Source of the DNA: Phoronis australis
Taxonomy: Eukaryota > Animalia > Phoronida
Direction of reading: 5' to 3'
Length of the DNA stretch: 48,500 nucleotides
Assembly (NCBI GenBank): GCA_002633005.1
Contig: NMRA01000341.1
Coordinates: 67,093-115,592 of the forward strand
A model generated the notes under the pieces. That model did not search any database and was not told the origin of the DNA. It saw only the letters and a program-made list of their open reading frames with translations. The translations under genes were made by a program, and so were the position numbers. Below, piece by piece: positions 36,601 through 48,410 of the stretch (the stretch's first letter is position 1; each line of letters opens with the position of its first letter).

Positions 36601-39600
36601 CTTGCAATTTCACGGTGAATTCACCAAGTCATGCACATTTCTTTGGTTCACTAGTCTAGTCTGGTGTTTTCAACTTTTGCAGCAGACTAACCCGAAGCGC
36701 CTGATCAGGTTCCGAGCCACTGGGTTATAAAGAGTGTTTTTGTTTAGAACTGGAAAAAAAAATGCAAGTCTACACACAGCTATGCTCTCCTCTCCGTATT
36801 TCGCAGAAGAATAATATCTAATTTATCACAAAACAGACTCCAAACTTCCCGCGACTGACATCAGAAAGTTAGCCTATCGAACTTTGTATGGCTACGGCAC
36901 GAACTTTATACGGCTACGGTACGTTCAAAATTTCTATAAATCATAACAGCGAAATAAAACAACTCATTTGCTTAAAAACTCAATATATTTGTAAGGGTTT
37001 TACATCAAATTTTGATGATTTATTGGTGTAAAACGATACATTCAAGCAATAAGCTGACACCAATAAGCATCTTGTGAACTGTTGAGCAGACTGTATTAGA
37101 ACCTATGACGTCATTGATTAATTTCATCACCCCCATCTGCCGTCTGGTGTCCGGTAAAAGAACTGAACTGGTGTTATCGAGTGGAACTACTCATCTAAAT
37201 TGATACAGAATACATTGTTTTTGGTGGCATTCTCCTTAATACAAAGTTTCACTGTAAACACTCATGACTGTCTCAATATACTAAGAAGCAATGCAATTAC
37301 CAGCTGTATTAACTAACCTTTGAGGAACCTCTGTGCTCCGTCCAAGCACTCAGGGGACAGCTCATTGTCACCGAAGGAGCCAAGTAGCTCACTAACTAGA
37401 ATGTCTGCCTTCTCTGGAGCCTGCCACTGTCTCATGTCACAAGATACGACTGACACGGTGTCACCCCATTCTTCTTGTTTGATGTTTTCTAGTCTGTGTG
37501 TGAACGAATAAACAGGGACAGATGAGTGAGGCAGGAGGCTTATATTTACAACAGAGGTATTACACCTTAAACTAAGTATGCTTTGACAGTCAGGCGGCAG
37601 GCTTATAGATACAGCCATGGTGTTGCACCATCTACTCAGTACACTTTGAGTCAGGCGGCAGGCTTATAGATCCAGCCAAGGTGTCACACCATCTACTCAG
37701 TGCACTTTGACAGTCAGGCGGCAGGTTTATAGATACAGCCAAGGTGTCACACCATCTACTCAGTGCACTTTGACAGACAGGCTGGGGATACAGCCAAGGT
37801 ATTGCAATATACCCACAATACACTTTGATAATCAATGGTGATGAAATAATCCAGTCATAAGCTTTGTTGCCTACTTTCACTTCAAATTAAAAACAATCAA
37901 GTTAAAAACATTAAAGCAGACTTCACAATATTTTTTGTCACTAAGTAACTCAACCAATCAACTGCAAAAGTTTGATGGCTGCTTGATAACCGAGAACTTC
38001 AATAGTAGTGTCGCCAAGAAATCTGTATATGAAAGGCAATCATGACCCGACTTTATGCAGTCAAAAAACATAGAACCTTAGCACACCTAGAGTGACTGTG
38101 CAGTCACGAAACATTGAACACAGCACACATAGAGTGACTTACGTGACGACTGCATTTGGGTTCTTTTCCACAGCATACACGCGTATTAACCTCTGACACT
38201 TCTTGGCGGCTGATATTGAGGCTCTGACTAGAGGGCCACGGCCTGCACCAACTACCATGACAACACTGCAAGACACCATGTACTATACTCATAAGCTCAT
38301 GGGTGACTTTCGATTTAAACCTAGCCACAGGTGAGCTATGAACCTGTTTCCCATCCAAAAAGTAAACTTTTGATTTAGACAAGTCTTTTGAAATAGGTCT
38401 TGTTCTTTACTCAGGTGGCAAGTGATATTTGAGTTTGCAAAGAACTGTCAGTTTGTTATACGATAAAAAACAGAAAATAACAAGTCAGCTTGTAGACCCT
38501 GCTTTCAATCAATAACAAGCCCCTTGTTGACCCCGCTCTCAACCGATTTAGAACATACAATTAGACGACAGCTAGTAGATCCTGCTCTTAACCAATAACA
38601 AGCCAGCTTGTTGACTTTGCTCTCAACCAATTACAAGCCAGATTGTAGACCATGCTCTCAACCAATTTAGAACTGTCAGTTTATCCAAAACCATAAAATC
38701 ACGGACCTCAACTTTAACTCATGAACAATTTTAGACCAATTTCAAAATGGTGAGTGATCTAAACTGAAAGTTGGTTTTGTGATGGAAGACGACTTGACGT
38801 AACTATAACTGAATTTAGTATGTATCAAAATATGTTGACCCATCCAGAATAACCGGACAATTTATCTGCTAAGTTCATTTTCATTTACAACAGTATCGTT
38901 ATTTTGCTGGTCACTTTTCATTAACCTCTAATGTTTATGTGCTGATATCTGACAGCTGCCTAATAAACCACAAATGATATGTCAAGCATATGTCTGACAA
39001 AGTATAAGATGGACGATAAGCCAAGCGCATGACAAACAAAATTAATAACGAATAACAAGCCAAGAATAAGAGATGCAACCCATAAGTTTTGGATATTGTG
39101 AGCAAACGCGATAATTGTGTGTGTGTAATGGTTGAATTACAGGCACAAATATGTGCATCAGACTTTGGTTCTGCAAAGGCAAGACTACAGCAAGAGCATC
39201 ATATTGGCACCTCCAGGAAACCGTCGAGACCTTACAAATACCCAAAACGGGGCGTTTGTGTGGTATCGACATTTCAAGAAGGGTTGAATATTTATTTAAG
39301 ATGACGAGCGCTGTGAAGGACCGTTGACAAGCAAAACAGCACAGAACACTTTTCACATGAGACAATACACACGTCAGTAAGATTTGACGACATTCATTCT
39401 TGGGAAGTACTTGGGAAAAGTACACGGTAAACAGTACTTGGAGCACAGTACTTGGTGCACGATACTTGGTAAAAAATACTTGGTGCACAGTACTTGCTCA
39501 GTACTTAGTGCATAGTACTTGGTGCACAGTATTTGGTGCACAGTACTTGGTGAACAGTGCTTGCTCAGTACTTGGTGCACAGTACTTGATGCAAAGTACT

Positions 39601-42600
39601 TGGTGCATAGTACTTGGAGCACAGTGCTTTGTGCAACACAAGGAGCCGCAATAACAGCAGAAATGTCAAGTGAATTTTCCCATAGGTTTTGAATCATGTT
39701 TTTAGCATAGACTAATCAATGGTTCAGCTTAAAGACACTACCAACAGATCAGCACACTTTCACCTATTGCTAGATACTCACGTGACTACACAATGTTTCT
39801 TATCATCAGGCACACGGTCAACAAGTGCATGAAACACTGCCTGTAAAAGACGTATAGAATCAAGTAACATCAAGCAACAATAAACAGGATGTTAGAGTAG
39901 TCCTGAGCACACAATGGACAATATTACAGTTACCAATTGAATCTCTGCCACAACCAGGATCAAGAATACATGCATTTTCTATTATCAATTACTTTAGGTA
40001 AGTCATGTTGCAATATAACTTCCCTCATATTATTAGATGTAATCACAAATGAATCATGTAGCCATAAACAGTGTGACATTTGATGTTTATCAATGAAAAA
40101 TTTTTTTATAATGCGCCAAACAATAAAACTGCAAAATTTGTGTAGAATTCTTCCATAAAAAATTTGATTTGATAATACAACAGAATTAGTACCTAAAAAG
40201 TGAAGTGTTACCTTTTCATACTGTGCATATTTAAATGGATCCTTTTCAAAGGTTTCGTAAGTCTGAGATTCCAAATTGTCCATAAGTGGCTGCAAGAGAA
40301 CAAGGCAAGGCAATGCATCACAAATACTCATAGGTAAATGTTAATCATGTTAAGTCAGCCTTCAGTGCCAGGATGATATCAACAATCTCAATGGTAATCA
40401 AAATTGAACTGCACTAATTATGATTACTATAGCATTTGGGCAAATGTATGCAAGTTTCAGAGTCGAGAATTCTACAAATTGAATGACCGCCCATATCTTC
40501 ATATAGACTGCTGCTCTGATAACTCCAATCAATTTCAATTAAAAACAATTGAGTTGTGAAGTTATCCAAGGATCTTGTTGTTCACAAGCCACCGCATCAC
40601 CGAGCTCAAAAGTCGCCTTTTATGTCATCCAAAGCCTGATGTAACATTCCCTTTTAAACTATAAACCACCACTTGAATGCAAACCTGCATCAACGTATCA
40701 AAATTCCATCCATCACGCTATTGCACAAAAAGTACATTATTTTTCAAACAAAGCTAAAATACACATCACTTGACTGTGTAGACTTTAGTGTGTGCTGACA
40801 CACAGCTTACGGTTACAATGATATGTATTTACCAAATGACGTTTGTCAGGTAATTTGCATTAAAAACAACTGTTTGATGACAGCAAAACATATTTCCTGT
40901 AAATATAAATCCGTAAATTGTTCCTTAGTCCATTTGAAGCATCTCCCGAAGTTTTTAAAAATCCATCCACAACGGTAAAAAACTGGCAAGTTGATTGATC
41001 GAATGATTGACATATGATTAGATGATTGATCGAATGATTGACATTCAATTAGCTGACTAACAGAACGATTGACTTAGAATCAAAAGGTCAAACAAAGACT
41101 CCTTCTAAAATTGCATAGCAGACGTAACCATATTTAACTTTCTGACACGGTCAAATTTTTTGGTTTTTAGACTTCAAACATATGATAATAGAAGAGAAGC
41201 TGAGGTAATTAAAAACAAATTAACGACTGTGAAAGACAATTATACATCTTTTTAATAAAATATTGATTCTCAGTTGCACAAGAAACCAACTGTTCAATAA
41301 AAACATAGTATGCAGTCTACAGTACACACTCATCAGCAGGAACCTTAAAAAATTAGCCAGACGATGTACCCTCATATCTCACCTGAAGAGGGCTCTGTAG
41401 GTAGTCCTCGTATCCCTTGGCAAATTGCGTAACCACGTCAACTGGTCCCTGGTTCTGAAACAAAACAGACGAAACATATTTAGGCCACGTTATAGGCAGA
41501 GATTGCATCCATAGGTGACAATTTCATATGAAAGATTTGTAAAGTTGAAATATTTAGTTAATCTTTCATAAATCAGATCCAATCAGAGCAAGAGATTTTT
41601 TCAGCGTGAAGTCCGATTAACAGTAAAAGCCATAAGAAAGACAAAATGAGCCATTACTCCCCCCCGCCCGTCATGACGGCTGAGCACAACTGGAATTTCA
41701 TGGTATCATGGTTGAGTGTAAGCAGAACTGGCCAGAATAGAAGTCGTCCATCATGACGGATATTTTAACAAAAAGGTATTAGTGGAAAAAGGCATTCAAT
41801 ACTCCTAGTTCATATCATCAATTGAAAAAAAAACTAGTGATGTCTTTAAAAGATGCACTGCATGACAACTGCAGGTGACCTCTGCACAGTGATGAGGTCA
41901 ACCATTGTAATGAGGTTAACCAATGATTATACTGAGGTGAACCATTGTCAGACTTTTACATGTGAGTCACACTTTGTCTATCTTTTGGAAGTTGCATTGG
42001 ATGGAAATCTTTTTTTTCAACACAGCCCCCAAAAATCCTTTTCGCATTATATCCACGTTCTCATTCACTTCGTTCCACACATTCACGAGTAAGACGAGCT
42101 CAAAGGAGGAGAAACCTTGCAAAGCTCAATTGTCAGCCAGTAATGCCAGGATTCGAATCGGATCAACATAACGGCAGTCCAGAGCTTAAACCACTGACCC
42201 TCACTGTCCCGTGGATGGAAACTGATTACAAATTTTAGCTGAATTTCACATCATTTAGGTTGCATTCTGTGGTACTTAAGCCATGAACTTGAAATAATCC
42301 TATAACTGTTATTTTGAAGTATGCAAATTAGTTAAATGATGGTCAAGTTATTTTTTGGAAATTTTGAATTATTGGGAGGTTTTTGTCATTTTTGCAAATT
42401 TTATTAATTTCATTCATGAACAATGTACCATACCTTTAAACTTTCGTCAGATTTGCTGCAGGGATCAAATTTAACTTTTTGGCCACTTGCAAAATTTTGC
42501 AATTGCTATTAAAAGTTACTTGGAAAATGGATCAGCCTACTTGCTGTTTTATGGTAACATTTTAAGCATGCTTAGAACTTACGGAATATGTTAAAATTGG

Positions 42601-45600
42601 TTGATCAAAACTGGATGTAAAATTACTCAAAAATATCGTTAAACAGAGCACACCAGTGAGGTGAGGTAAATTTTCGAATGCACCTAGTAACCAGAGCAAT
42701 ATGAAGTGTTGAAATGTGCCCATGACTCCGCTGTGAACAGTGTGCTTCTAGTGGTGTTTTTAGTATAAAAATGGCAAATCGATGATGAAGAGTATGTCGA
42801 AACCGTCTGAAACTGGGAAGGCATTGTCATCTCTCTAATATAAAAAATATTTGCCAATTGTCATAAACTGCCAAGGAACTCAAAGATACAAAGGCAGAGC
42901 CCAGAAAAACAAACTGCCATTGAGAAGATATCTGAGGTTTAGTAGATAAAGCCAGAGATGATAGCTACCTTACTTGTGAAGTGCGTAACACATCTTGGAA
43001 GGGGTTTAGTAGATACAGCCACAGATGCAAAAAATACTTTGCAAGTTAACGAGCACCAAATTCAAACCCTGTACTTAATGTAGGATTAGTGCAAGTTCTA
43101 CATTAAATTTAATAAATACCTAATCTGACTTATACATGTATGATTAGTGCAAGCTTTACTAAAATGAATCAATTAACAAATATTCAGAGTTAAGAAAACA
43201 GTGATTGGCTACAAAACTGTAAGGTAACTCACTTGATAAAAATGATCTAAGTACTGGTGGTAAGCTTTGATTCCTTTGCCAGGGTGTCGGCTGACACCAG
43301 TCAGTATTAACTGTGTGTCCAACTACAAGATAAAACAAGAGCATAGTTTAGTGGTGATGGTCATCAACAGACATCTTCACAAGACTATATTTTTGTTATT
43401 AACCTGATCTGTAATCACAGAAGGAATTGTTGGATGAAGGCAACGCGATTGACAGTGGACATTTCATTACAGTTGTGTGACTGTTGTGCTATTTTAAATG
43501 CTTGCAGTTCTATTCATCTAAAATGCATTTACTTAAACAGGGGTAGAACTGCTTTTGATGTCAAAGTTTAGTAAAAATAAACATCCCTGGGTATCTTGCA
43601 AATACATTCTCCAAGTTAACTACTGTTCCTGTGGGGAGTATGTACCATCCATGGAACAACAGAAAATAAAATATTGTAAACAGCACACCAAAGGGCCCCC
43701 CTCTTGGGTGTGCATTCAATTCCATTGAGCCCACAATGTTCTGCTTCTTACTGAACACAGTCTGTGCAGATCCTACTTCTTATTGAACACAATCTGTGCA
43801 CTGCCAGGTCCTCCTTTCTATTGAGCACAGTCTGTGCATGTCCTACTTCCTACTGAACACAGTCTGTGCAGGCCCTACTTTCTATTGAACACAGTCTGTT
43901 CAGGTCCTACTTCCTACTGAACACAGTCTGTGCAGGCCCTACTTTCTATTGAACACAGTCTGTTCAGGTCCTACTTCCTACTGAACACAGTCTGTGCAGG
44001 TCCTACTTCCTACTGAAAACAGTCTGTGCAGGTTCTACTTCCTACTGAACACAGTCTGTGCAGGTCCTACTTCCTATTGAATACAGTCCACGCAGGCCAT
44101 TGTTCAAAAGAAGAGAATGCACAACCTAGATCATGTGCGCACCCAGCCTTTAATATGGGGGGCTTAAATTTCTGGCGATGTGGACATTTTGCTGACAAAA
44201 AAACGGGAGGACTAAAAAAAGCGGGTACCACCTTCGCTGTGTGTCTACGCCTGTTTAGTGGACTTTTGTTTCATTTTCTCGAACTTTTTGTTTGTTTCTC
44301 TGAGGCGGAACTTTTTGCACACTTCGCCAAATGTTCGAGCCCCCCTGGGTGCGCGCATGTAGATGGTGGTCCTTTGCAGTCCATTTATGTCACTTTCAAG
44401 TATTCCATGGATAGCAAATACATGGCAGGGGAACAGTAAATGACACACAGAAAACAATAACAAGACAACCAAGAATCTGAGTATTTTATTAAAGGTAACA
44501 TCGAAAGTGGTAGCTTCCACCTTTAACAATATTACCAACAGATGGCACAATAGAGTAAGTCATTATCAACAGATGGTGCAACAGAGTAAGTCATAAGACT
44601 AACAAAGACGAACCGACCTTCGACAGAGACCCAATTCACTAACTAAAAAGTAACGTTAAGGTATCTCTGACCACCCCTGACACTAGACCACAAAGATATC
44701 TTTACAACAGACAACTCTGACCACACTTGACACTAGACCCCAAAGCTATCGTTACAACAGAGAACTCTGACCACCCTTGACACTAGGCCACAAAGATATC
44801 TCTATGCCAACCACCAAAGATCCTTCATTTTATGGTCAACGCAAAAGCAACTTCTAGATTCACCCTACCTTGAAAAGACACTTGATGAATGCCTGATGGG
44901 ACCGCGGTAACACAGGAAATCCCTTTTTGTTGGTTAAGAAAATACTGGTGTTCAGAATGGCAGCTTTGACTGGTTCACCGCACCATCGATCCAAGACTTC
45001 CTTTGATGGCAAGTCAGTTGATATCTCCAGGGCAAGACCAAGACGCTTGCTGCTGTGACATATTGTGCGCACTGTGTTCCACCTAGTGGCAGGTAATAGC
45101 AACATTAACTCCATATGGTTGTAGTCTAGACAGTATCCACCAACAATATACATAATGTCTCACCAATTCTTACTAACTAGTCAACTATAAATGACGGTGC
45201 TCGCCTCATATCACTCACAATGTGTCCTTTAACAATATGTGTTCTGGGACTTTACATCTACACCTTCTGCCAAAANTCGAACTTTTTGTTTGTTTCTCTG
45301 AGGCGGAACTTTTTGTCCACTTCGCCAAATGTTCGAGCCCCCCTGGGTGCGCGCATGTAGATGGTGGTCCTTTGCAGTCCATTTATGTCATTTTCAAGTA
45401 TTCCATGGATAGCAAATACATGGCAGGGGAACAGTAAATGACACACAGAAAACAATAACAAGACAACCAAGAATCTGAGTATTTTATTAAAGGTAACATC
45501 AAAAGTGGTAGCTTCCGCCTTTAACAATATTATCAACAGATGGCACAATAGAGTAAGTCATTATCAACAGATGGCGCAACAGGTAAGTCATAAGACTAAC

Positions 45601-48410
45601 AAAGACTAACCTACCTTCGACGGAGACCTAATTCACTAACTAAAAAGTAACGTTAAGGTATCTCTGACAATCCCTGACACTAGACCACAAAGCTATCTTT
45701 ACAACAGAGAACTCTGACCACCCTTGACACTAGGCCACAAAGATATCTCTATGCCAACCACCAAAGATCCTTCATTTTATGGTCAATACAAAAGCAACTT
45801 CTAGATTCACCCTACCTTGAAAAGACACTTGATGAATGCCTGATGGGACCGCGGTAACACAGGAAATCCCTTTTTGTTGGTTAAGAAAATACTGGTGTTC
45901 AGAATGGCAGCTTTGACTGGTTCACCGCACCATCGATCCAAGACTTCCTTTGATGGCAAGTCAGTTGATATCTCCAGGGCAAGACCAAGACGCTTGCTGC
46001 TGTGACATATTGTGCGCACTGTGTTCCACCTAGTGGCAGGTAATAGCAACATGAACTCCATATGGTTGTAGTCTAGACAGTATCCACCAACAATATACAT
46101 AATGTCTCACCAATTCTTACTAACTAGTCAACTACAAATGACGGTGCTCGCCTCATATCACTCACAATGTGTCCTTTAACAATATGTGTTCTGGGACTTT
46201 ACATCTACACCTTCTGCCAAAACTCAACTTTTGAGTTAGGCTTAACAGTTATAAAAATGCCCTCCTCTTGTTCCTTGGATAGAAACAATTCTGGGCTTTT
46301 AAGAGAAACTCGTCATTTTACAGTGTCTGTGACTGCTGTAAAACATTTCAGAGCAGGTGCATTGAGGACGTAACATTTATCTAAAAGAACAAATACTCCT
46401 GTGACGCTTTTAACTTACAGTGGCTTCAAGACTGAATAATGAATCTAAAGTTAAAACAAATATAAAGGGACAAGACATAATATCACACATGGTAAGTTGC
46501 TTTTCAAACAAACAATTTCTAAATAAAATTTCACAACTGCTATTTTAAACCAATTCATTGTACAGTTGGTGTAAGGCTATCTCTACTCCAACATTATCCT
46601 ATCGTTGTCATAGTTCTCAACAAAGTTGAAGAGATTTTATCATTCATAAATAGCATAGTAAACAGGCAGCATTACCATTGCCATGTGTCATCAGTCCACT
46701 CTCTGTCTGTCTGCTCCTGGCCAAAATCTACCACTTGGTCACAAGCATCCACGGGGGCCTGCATGGGCACATGCAACCACACCTGTTGATTAGAGCTGCC
46801 AGACAGGTGGTTGTTGAGTGTTCGGGCAAAGTTATGACACTTTGACGATGTGAGCTGGATGAGAAGAGCAGGGAGGCACAGGTGGGTGCAGAATTGGGTC
46901 TCTTGGATAAACGCCTACGTGTCGGGGAGGAAAGATATCTTTATGTTCGACACGTGTCACAATAACACAAATATGTATTCCCAAAAGATAAAATGACACC
47001 AGTCAATAATGACTTGTCATACACCAACAGTGATGACTGGTGCTGCACCCTGGCAACTGGCGGAAGGATCTCTCACTTAACAGACAATGAAAAAAATCTG
47101 CGATTTTTGAAAAATGATGTTGACTTACACCTGTTTCTGTTTACTTTATTGAGTGCATATTTGCTCAGATGTGTGCATGGCAACTTCATAGTTGTGACTT
47201 GGGGCCAAACAAATTCTGAGGATCCACTGGTTACCTACCGATCACCAAATCGAGAAAAGCAGTATACATACCTGCTCAGAATTTTTTCTAATGGAATAGT
47301 TGTCAGAATCAAGCTGTAACCATGGTGATATTTTCCCAACAATTAGACTAGTCCAATCTGTAAAAGTAAAGACTTGCAAGGAGTTTTTCAAGAAGACATA
47401 AATAGTAGAATTGAATTTTGACACTAAGTAGGTCACATTACCTCGATTTTCGTGAAAATTTAGAAAAAAAGCATTCATAGCAAAACAACAAAATCAATAA
47501 CAAGACCAAATTTTGTATCATATACAACACACATCACGAATTTTTGTCCGATCACTCAGAAATCAGTCGACGACCGGTCGTCTAGCCGACCAGTAGCCAA
47601 CCAGCAAAGGTATGTTAAGAGCTGGTAGCTGAGTCGCCTCTCTGGTCGCCAGTTGGGTCTGCAAATTGGTCGCCTAGCTTAGACGACTAATTCGGATTTT
47701 GCATATCCTCAGTCGGCAATCACCATTTTATGACTTAGTGTCAGCGATGAACTTTGGCCACGCAAGGCGTTGAACTGTTTGTTGTCTTAAGAGGCCACTC
47801 AGTCTTAAACCTGCTGTTTATCAAAATTGAATGAATTGCGTGAAATTAAAACATAATAAATGTTCTTGTGGAATTATCGACAGCGTGGTAAATCAAACGC
47901 TAAATGATCTTGTGGAAATATAATTTCAAACTAGTCAAGCTATGAGGTGTTTTTACACATAGCAATCATGAAACGTTTATATGTTACAGTGAAATTGTAT
48001 AAAATTAAAAAAATAATGCTGAATGTGTTACGACCAAAGGTTTTTTCAAGCTGGGAAATGTTCAATGAGTAGCTCGCAACAGCACCCATACAGTAGTTAT
48101 AGCTTTTGACAACCACTTCATTACTAATTTGCATCTTCCCATTAAAAATTGTTTTATTTTGTACAATTTGTAAATATACTGGTGATAGAAAAAGGTTTTA
48201 AGGAACAATGTCAACAACCGGTTGATAGAGCAGATTTTAACGTCATCGATGCATGACCTAGTCAACGTTATCGATAAATGTGAAACAATACCTGAACTAG
48301 TTAGCAACAGGTCTGACCTAGTCAATGGACCTGGTCTAGTCTTGGCTGGCGTCTCTAGGAACTCCCGTCTGTTTCTTGGATGGACAATGGGCAGACTCAA
48401 GAAGTCAAAC
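27461..48410 (-). CDS. PRMT5: Protein arginine N-methyltransferase 5, spliced gene model, 5'-partial
   Basis: complement join(48292..48410,47272..47357,46676..46914,45816..46029 [duplicate 44869..45082],43233..43322,41383..41454,40212..40289,39782..39840,38143..38265,37318..37493,34392..34501,33728..33821,32846..32959,31546..31610,27461..27613). All introns GT-AG, phase-consistent. Motifs [55 protein letters not shown] and C-terminal GRSYTIGL*. Confidence 0.97.
28045..29302. mobile_element. Non-autonomous TIR element (hAT-like CAG termini) in the last PRMT5 intron
   Basis: Perfect 15-bp TIR CAGACCTGTGTACCA...TGGTACACAGGTCTG; TSD not clean. Confidence 0.72.
29594..31517. mobile_element. Long-TIR foldback-type element with a nested insertion
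   Basis: Inverted homology blocks: CATTCCTAA../..TTAGGAATG; 29712..29740 vs 31190..31222; 29790..29833 vs 30999..31042. Confidence 0.6.
29922..30757 (+). mobile_element. Non-autonomous Helentron/HINE-like element with internal degenerate repeats
   Basis: Starts AACAAGAGC; internal repeats (29970..30100 resembles 30400..30520); 3' hairpin CCCACAT-ataaat-ATGTGGG followed by A-rich end; related fragment near 42760..43025. Confidence 0.5.
31546..31610 (-). CDS. PRMT5: PRMT5 exon ([21 protein letters not shown])
   Basis: 65 nt; FSW loop. Confidence 0.94.
32846..32959 (-). CDS. PRMT5: PRMT5 exon (NSDNSRY...[18 protein letters not shown])
   Basis: 114 nt; LHGFAGYF motif. Confidence 0.94.
33025..33393. 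repeat. 53/56-bp tandem repeat, 7 units
   Basis: TGCCACTTGCAGATCT(CAA)YGAGGGTCACGTTCACCCTTGGTTTGAACACTGTAAG; unit starts 33025, 33078, 33134, 33187, 33243, 33296, 33349. Confidence 0.95.
33728..33821 (-). CDS. PRMT5: PRMT5 exon ([13 protein letters not shown]...FVHPKK)
   Basis: 94 nt; FEMPYVV motif. Confidence 0.94.
34392..34501 (-). CDS. PRMT5: PRMT5 exon ([24 protein letters not shown]...HPD)
   Basis: 110 nt with AG/GTAAGT borders. Confidence 0.94.
34930..35430 (+). mobile_element. Penelope-like retroelement 3' fragment (GIY-YIG endonuclease), antisense in a PRMT5 intron
   Basis: [26 protein letters not shown] (from 34972), a frameshift, then [19 protein letters not shown]...*; hammerhead motif downstream. 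Confidence 0.82.
35348..35396 (+). ncRNA. Minimal type I hammerhead ribozyme motif (Penelope-associated, possibly decayed)
   Basis: CTGACGA core 35355..35361; stem II GC(A)GTTT-taat-AAACGC; GAAAC; palindromic stem III ACATGT; GTC cleavage triplet; weak stem I. Confidence 0.6.
35851..37239 (+). mobile_element. Kolobok-type non-autonomous DNA transposon, family A, copy 3 (PRMT5 intron)
   Basis: TTAA|AGGAGAATGCCACC...GGTGGCATTCTCC-TTAA; colinear with 5440..7049 with an internal deletion near 36220. Confidence 0.88.
37318..37493 (-). CDS. PRMT5: PRMT5 exon ([10 protein letters not shown]...[26 protein letters not shown])
   Basis: 176 nt; catalytic double-E loop. Confidence 0.96.
37580..37830. 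repeat. ~62-bp tandem repeat, about 4 units
   Basis: CTTTGACAGTCAGGCGGCAGGCTTATAGATACAGCCAAGGTGTCACACCATCTACTCAGTGCA. Confidence 0.85.
38143..38265 (-). CDS. PRMT5: PRMT5 exon ([13 protein letters not shown]...[10 protein letters not shown])
   Basis: 123 nt; SAM-binding motif I and post-I. Confidence 0.95.
38480..38680. repeat. Degenerate ~35-bp tandem repeat
   Basis: ACAAGCCAGCTTGTAGACCCTGCTCTCAACCAAT-like units. Confidence 0.7.
39405..39636. repeat. 14-bp minisatellite (CAGTACTTGGTGCA)n
   Basis: About 16 degenerate units. Confidence 0.9.
39782..39840 (-). CDS. PRMT5: PRMT5 exon ([19 protein letters not shown])
   Basis: 59 nt with AG/GTGAGT borders. Confidence 0.9.
40212..40289 (-). CDS. 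PRMT5: PRMT5 exon ([26 protein letters not shown])
   Basis: 78 nt; includes the conserved type-II specificity Phe of the FEKD motif. Confidence 0.95.
41383..41454 (-). CDS. PRMT5: PRMT5 exon ([24 protein letters not shown])
   Basis: 72 nt; signature [11 protein letters not shown]. Confidence 0.94.
42009..42210 (-). mobile_element. tRNA-derived SINE (degenerate)
   Basis: On -: GGGACAG head, A-box-like GGTCAGTGGT, B-box GATTCGAATCC (42149..42159), A-rich tail. Confidence 0.5.
42459..43071. mobile_element. Possible old hAT-like element
   Basis: CAGGGATCAAATTT...AAATTCAAACCCTG imperfect TIR; no TSD seen. Confidence 0.35.
43233..43322 (-). CDS. PRMT5: PRMT5 exon (LDTQLILTG...YLDHFYQ)
   Basis: 90 nt with AG/GTGAGT borders. 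Confidence 0.9.
43744..44097. repeat. 32-bp minisatellite (TACTGAACACAGTCTGTGCAGGTCCTACTTCC)n
   Basis: About 11 units. Confidence 0.92.
44132..44359. mobile_element. MITE of the same family as 2253..2501, in inverted orientation
   Basis: CATGTGCGCACCCAG...CTGGGTGCGCGCATG; TSD TAGAT at 44127..44131 and 44360..44364. Confidence 0.85.
44869..45082 (-). CDS. PRMT5: Duplicate copy of the 214-nt PRMT5 exon (probably an allelic assembly duplicate)
   Basis: Identical by eye to 45816..46029; lies in a ~1 kb duplication joined by N at 45276. Confidence 0.6.
45816..46029 (-). CDS. PRMT5: PRMT5 exon (WNTVRTIC...[11 protein letters not shown]...CLFK), copy A
   Basis: 214 nt; RWCGEPVKA and [11 protein letters not shown] motifs. 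Confidence 0.92.
46676..46914 (-). CDS. PRMT5: PRMT5 exon ([16 protein letters not shown]...DDTWQ)
   Basis: 239 nt open frame with AG/GT borders; VWLHVPM and TWxW motifs. Confidence 0.92.
47272..47357 (-). CDS. PRMT5: PRMT5 exon ([13 protein letters not shown]...RKNSEQ)
   Basis: 86 nt with AG/GT borders. Confidence 0.93.
48292..48410 (-). CDS. PRMT5: PRMT5 exon ([12 protein letters not shown]...RSDLLLTSS)
   Basis: 119 nt with AG/GT borders; TIM-barrel N-terminal motifs. Confidence 0.93.

Larger units (their letters stand above)
44279..46222. repeat. ~1 kb tandem duplication (44279..45275 and 45277..46222) joined by a single N
   Basis: Near-identical copies that differ by scattered intronic substitutions and one ~50-bp repeat unit. 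Confidence 0.95.

Noticed and set aside
42009-42210. tRNA gene
   Set aside because: A/B-box-like motifs are present but there is no complete cloverleaf; treated as a SINE head.
42782-42810. C/D-box snoRNA-like ATGATGA...CTGA
   Set aside because: Too short, antisense to the host gene, and part of a repeat related to 29922..30757.
47540-47740. GTCG/CGAC-rich quasi-palindromic patch
   Set aside because: Probably a decayed MITE, but I could not define TIR ends or a TSD.
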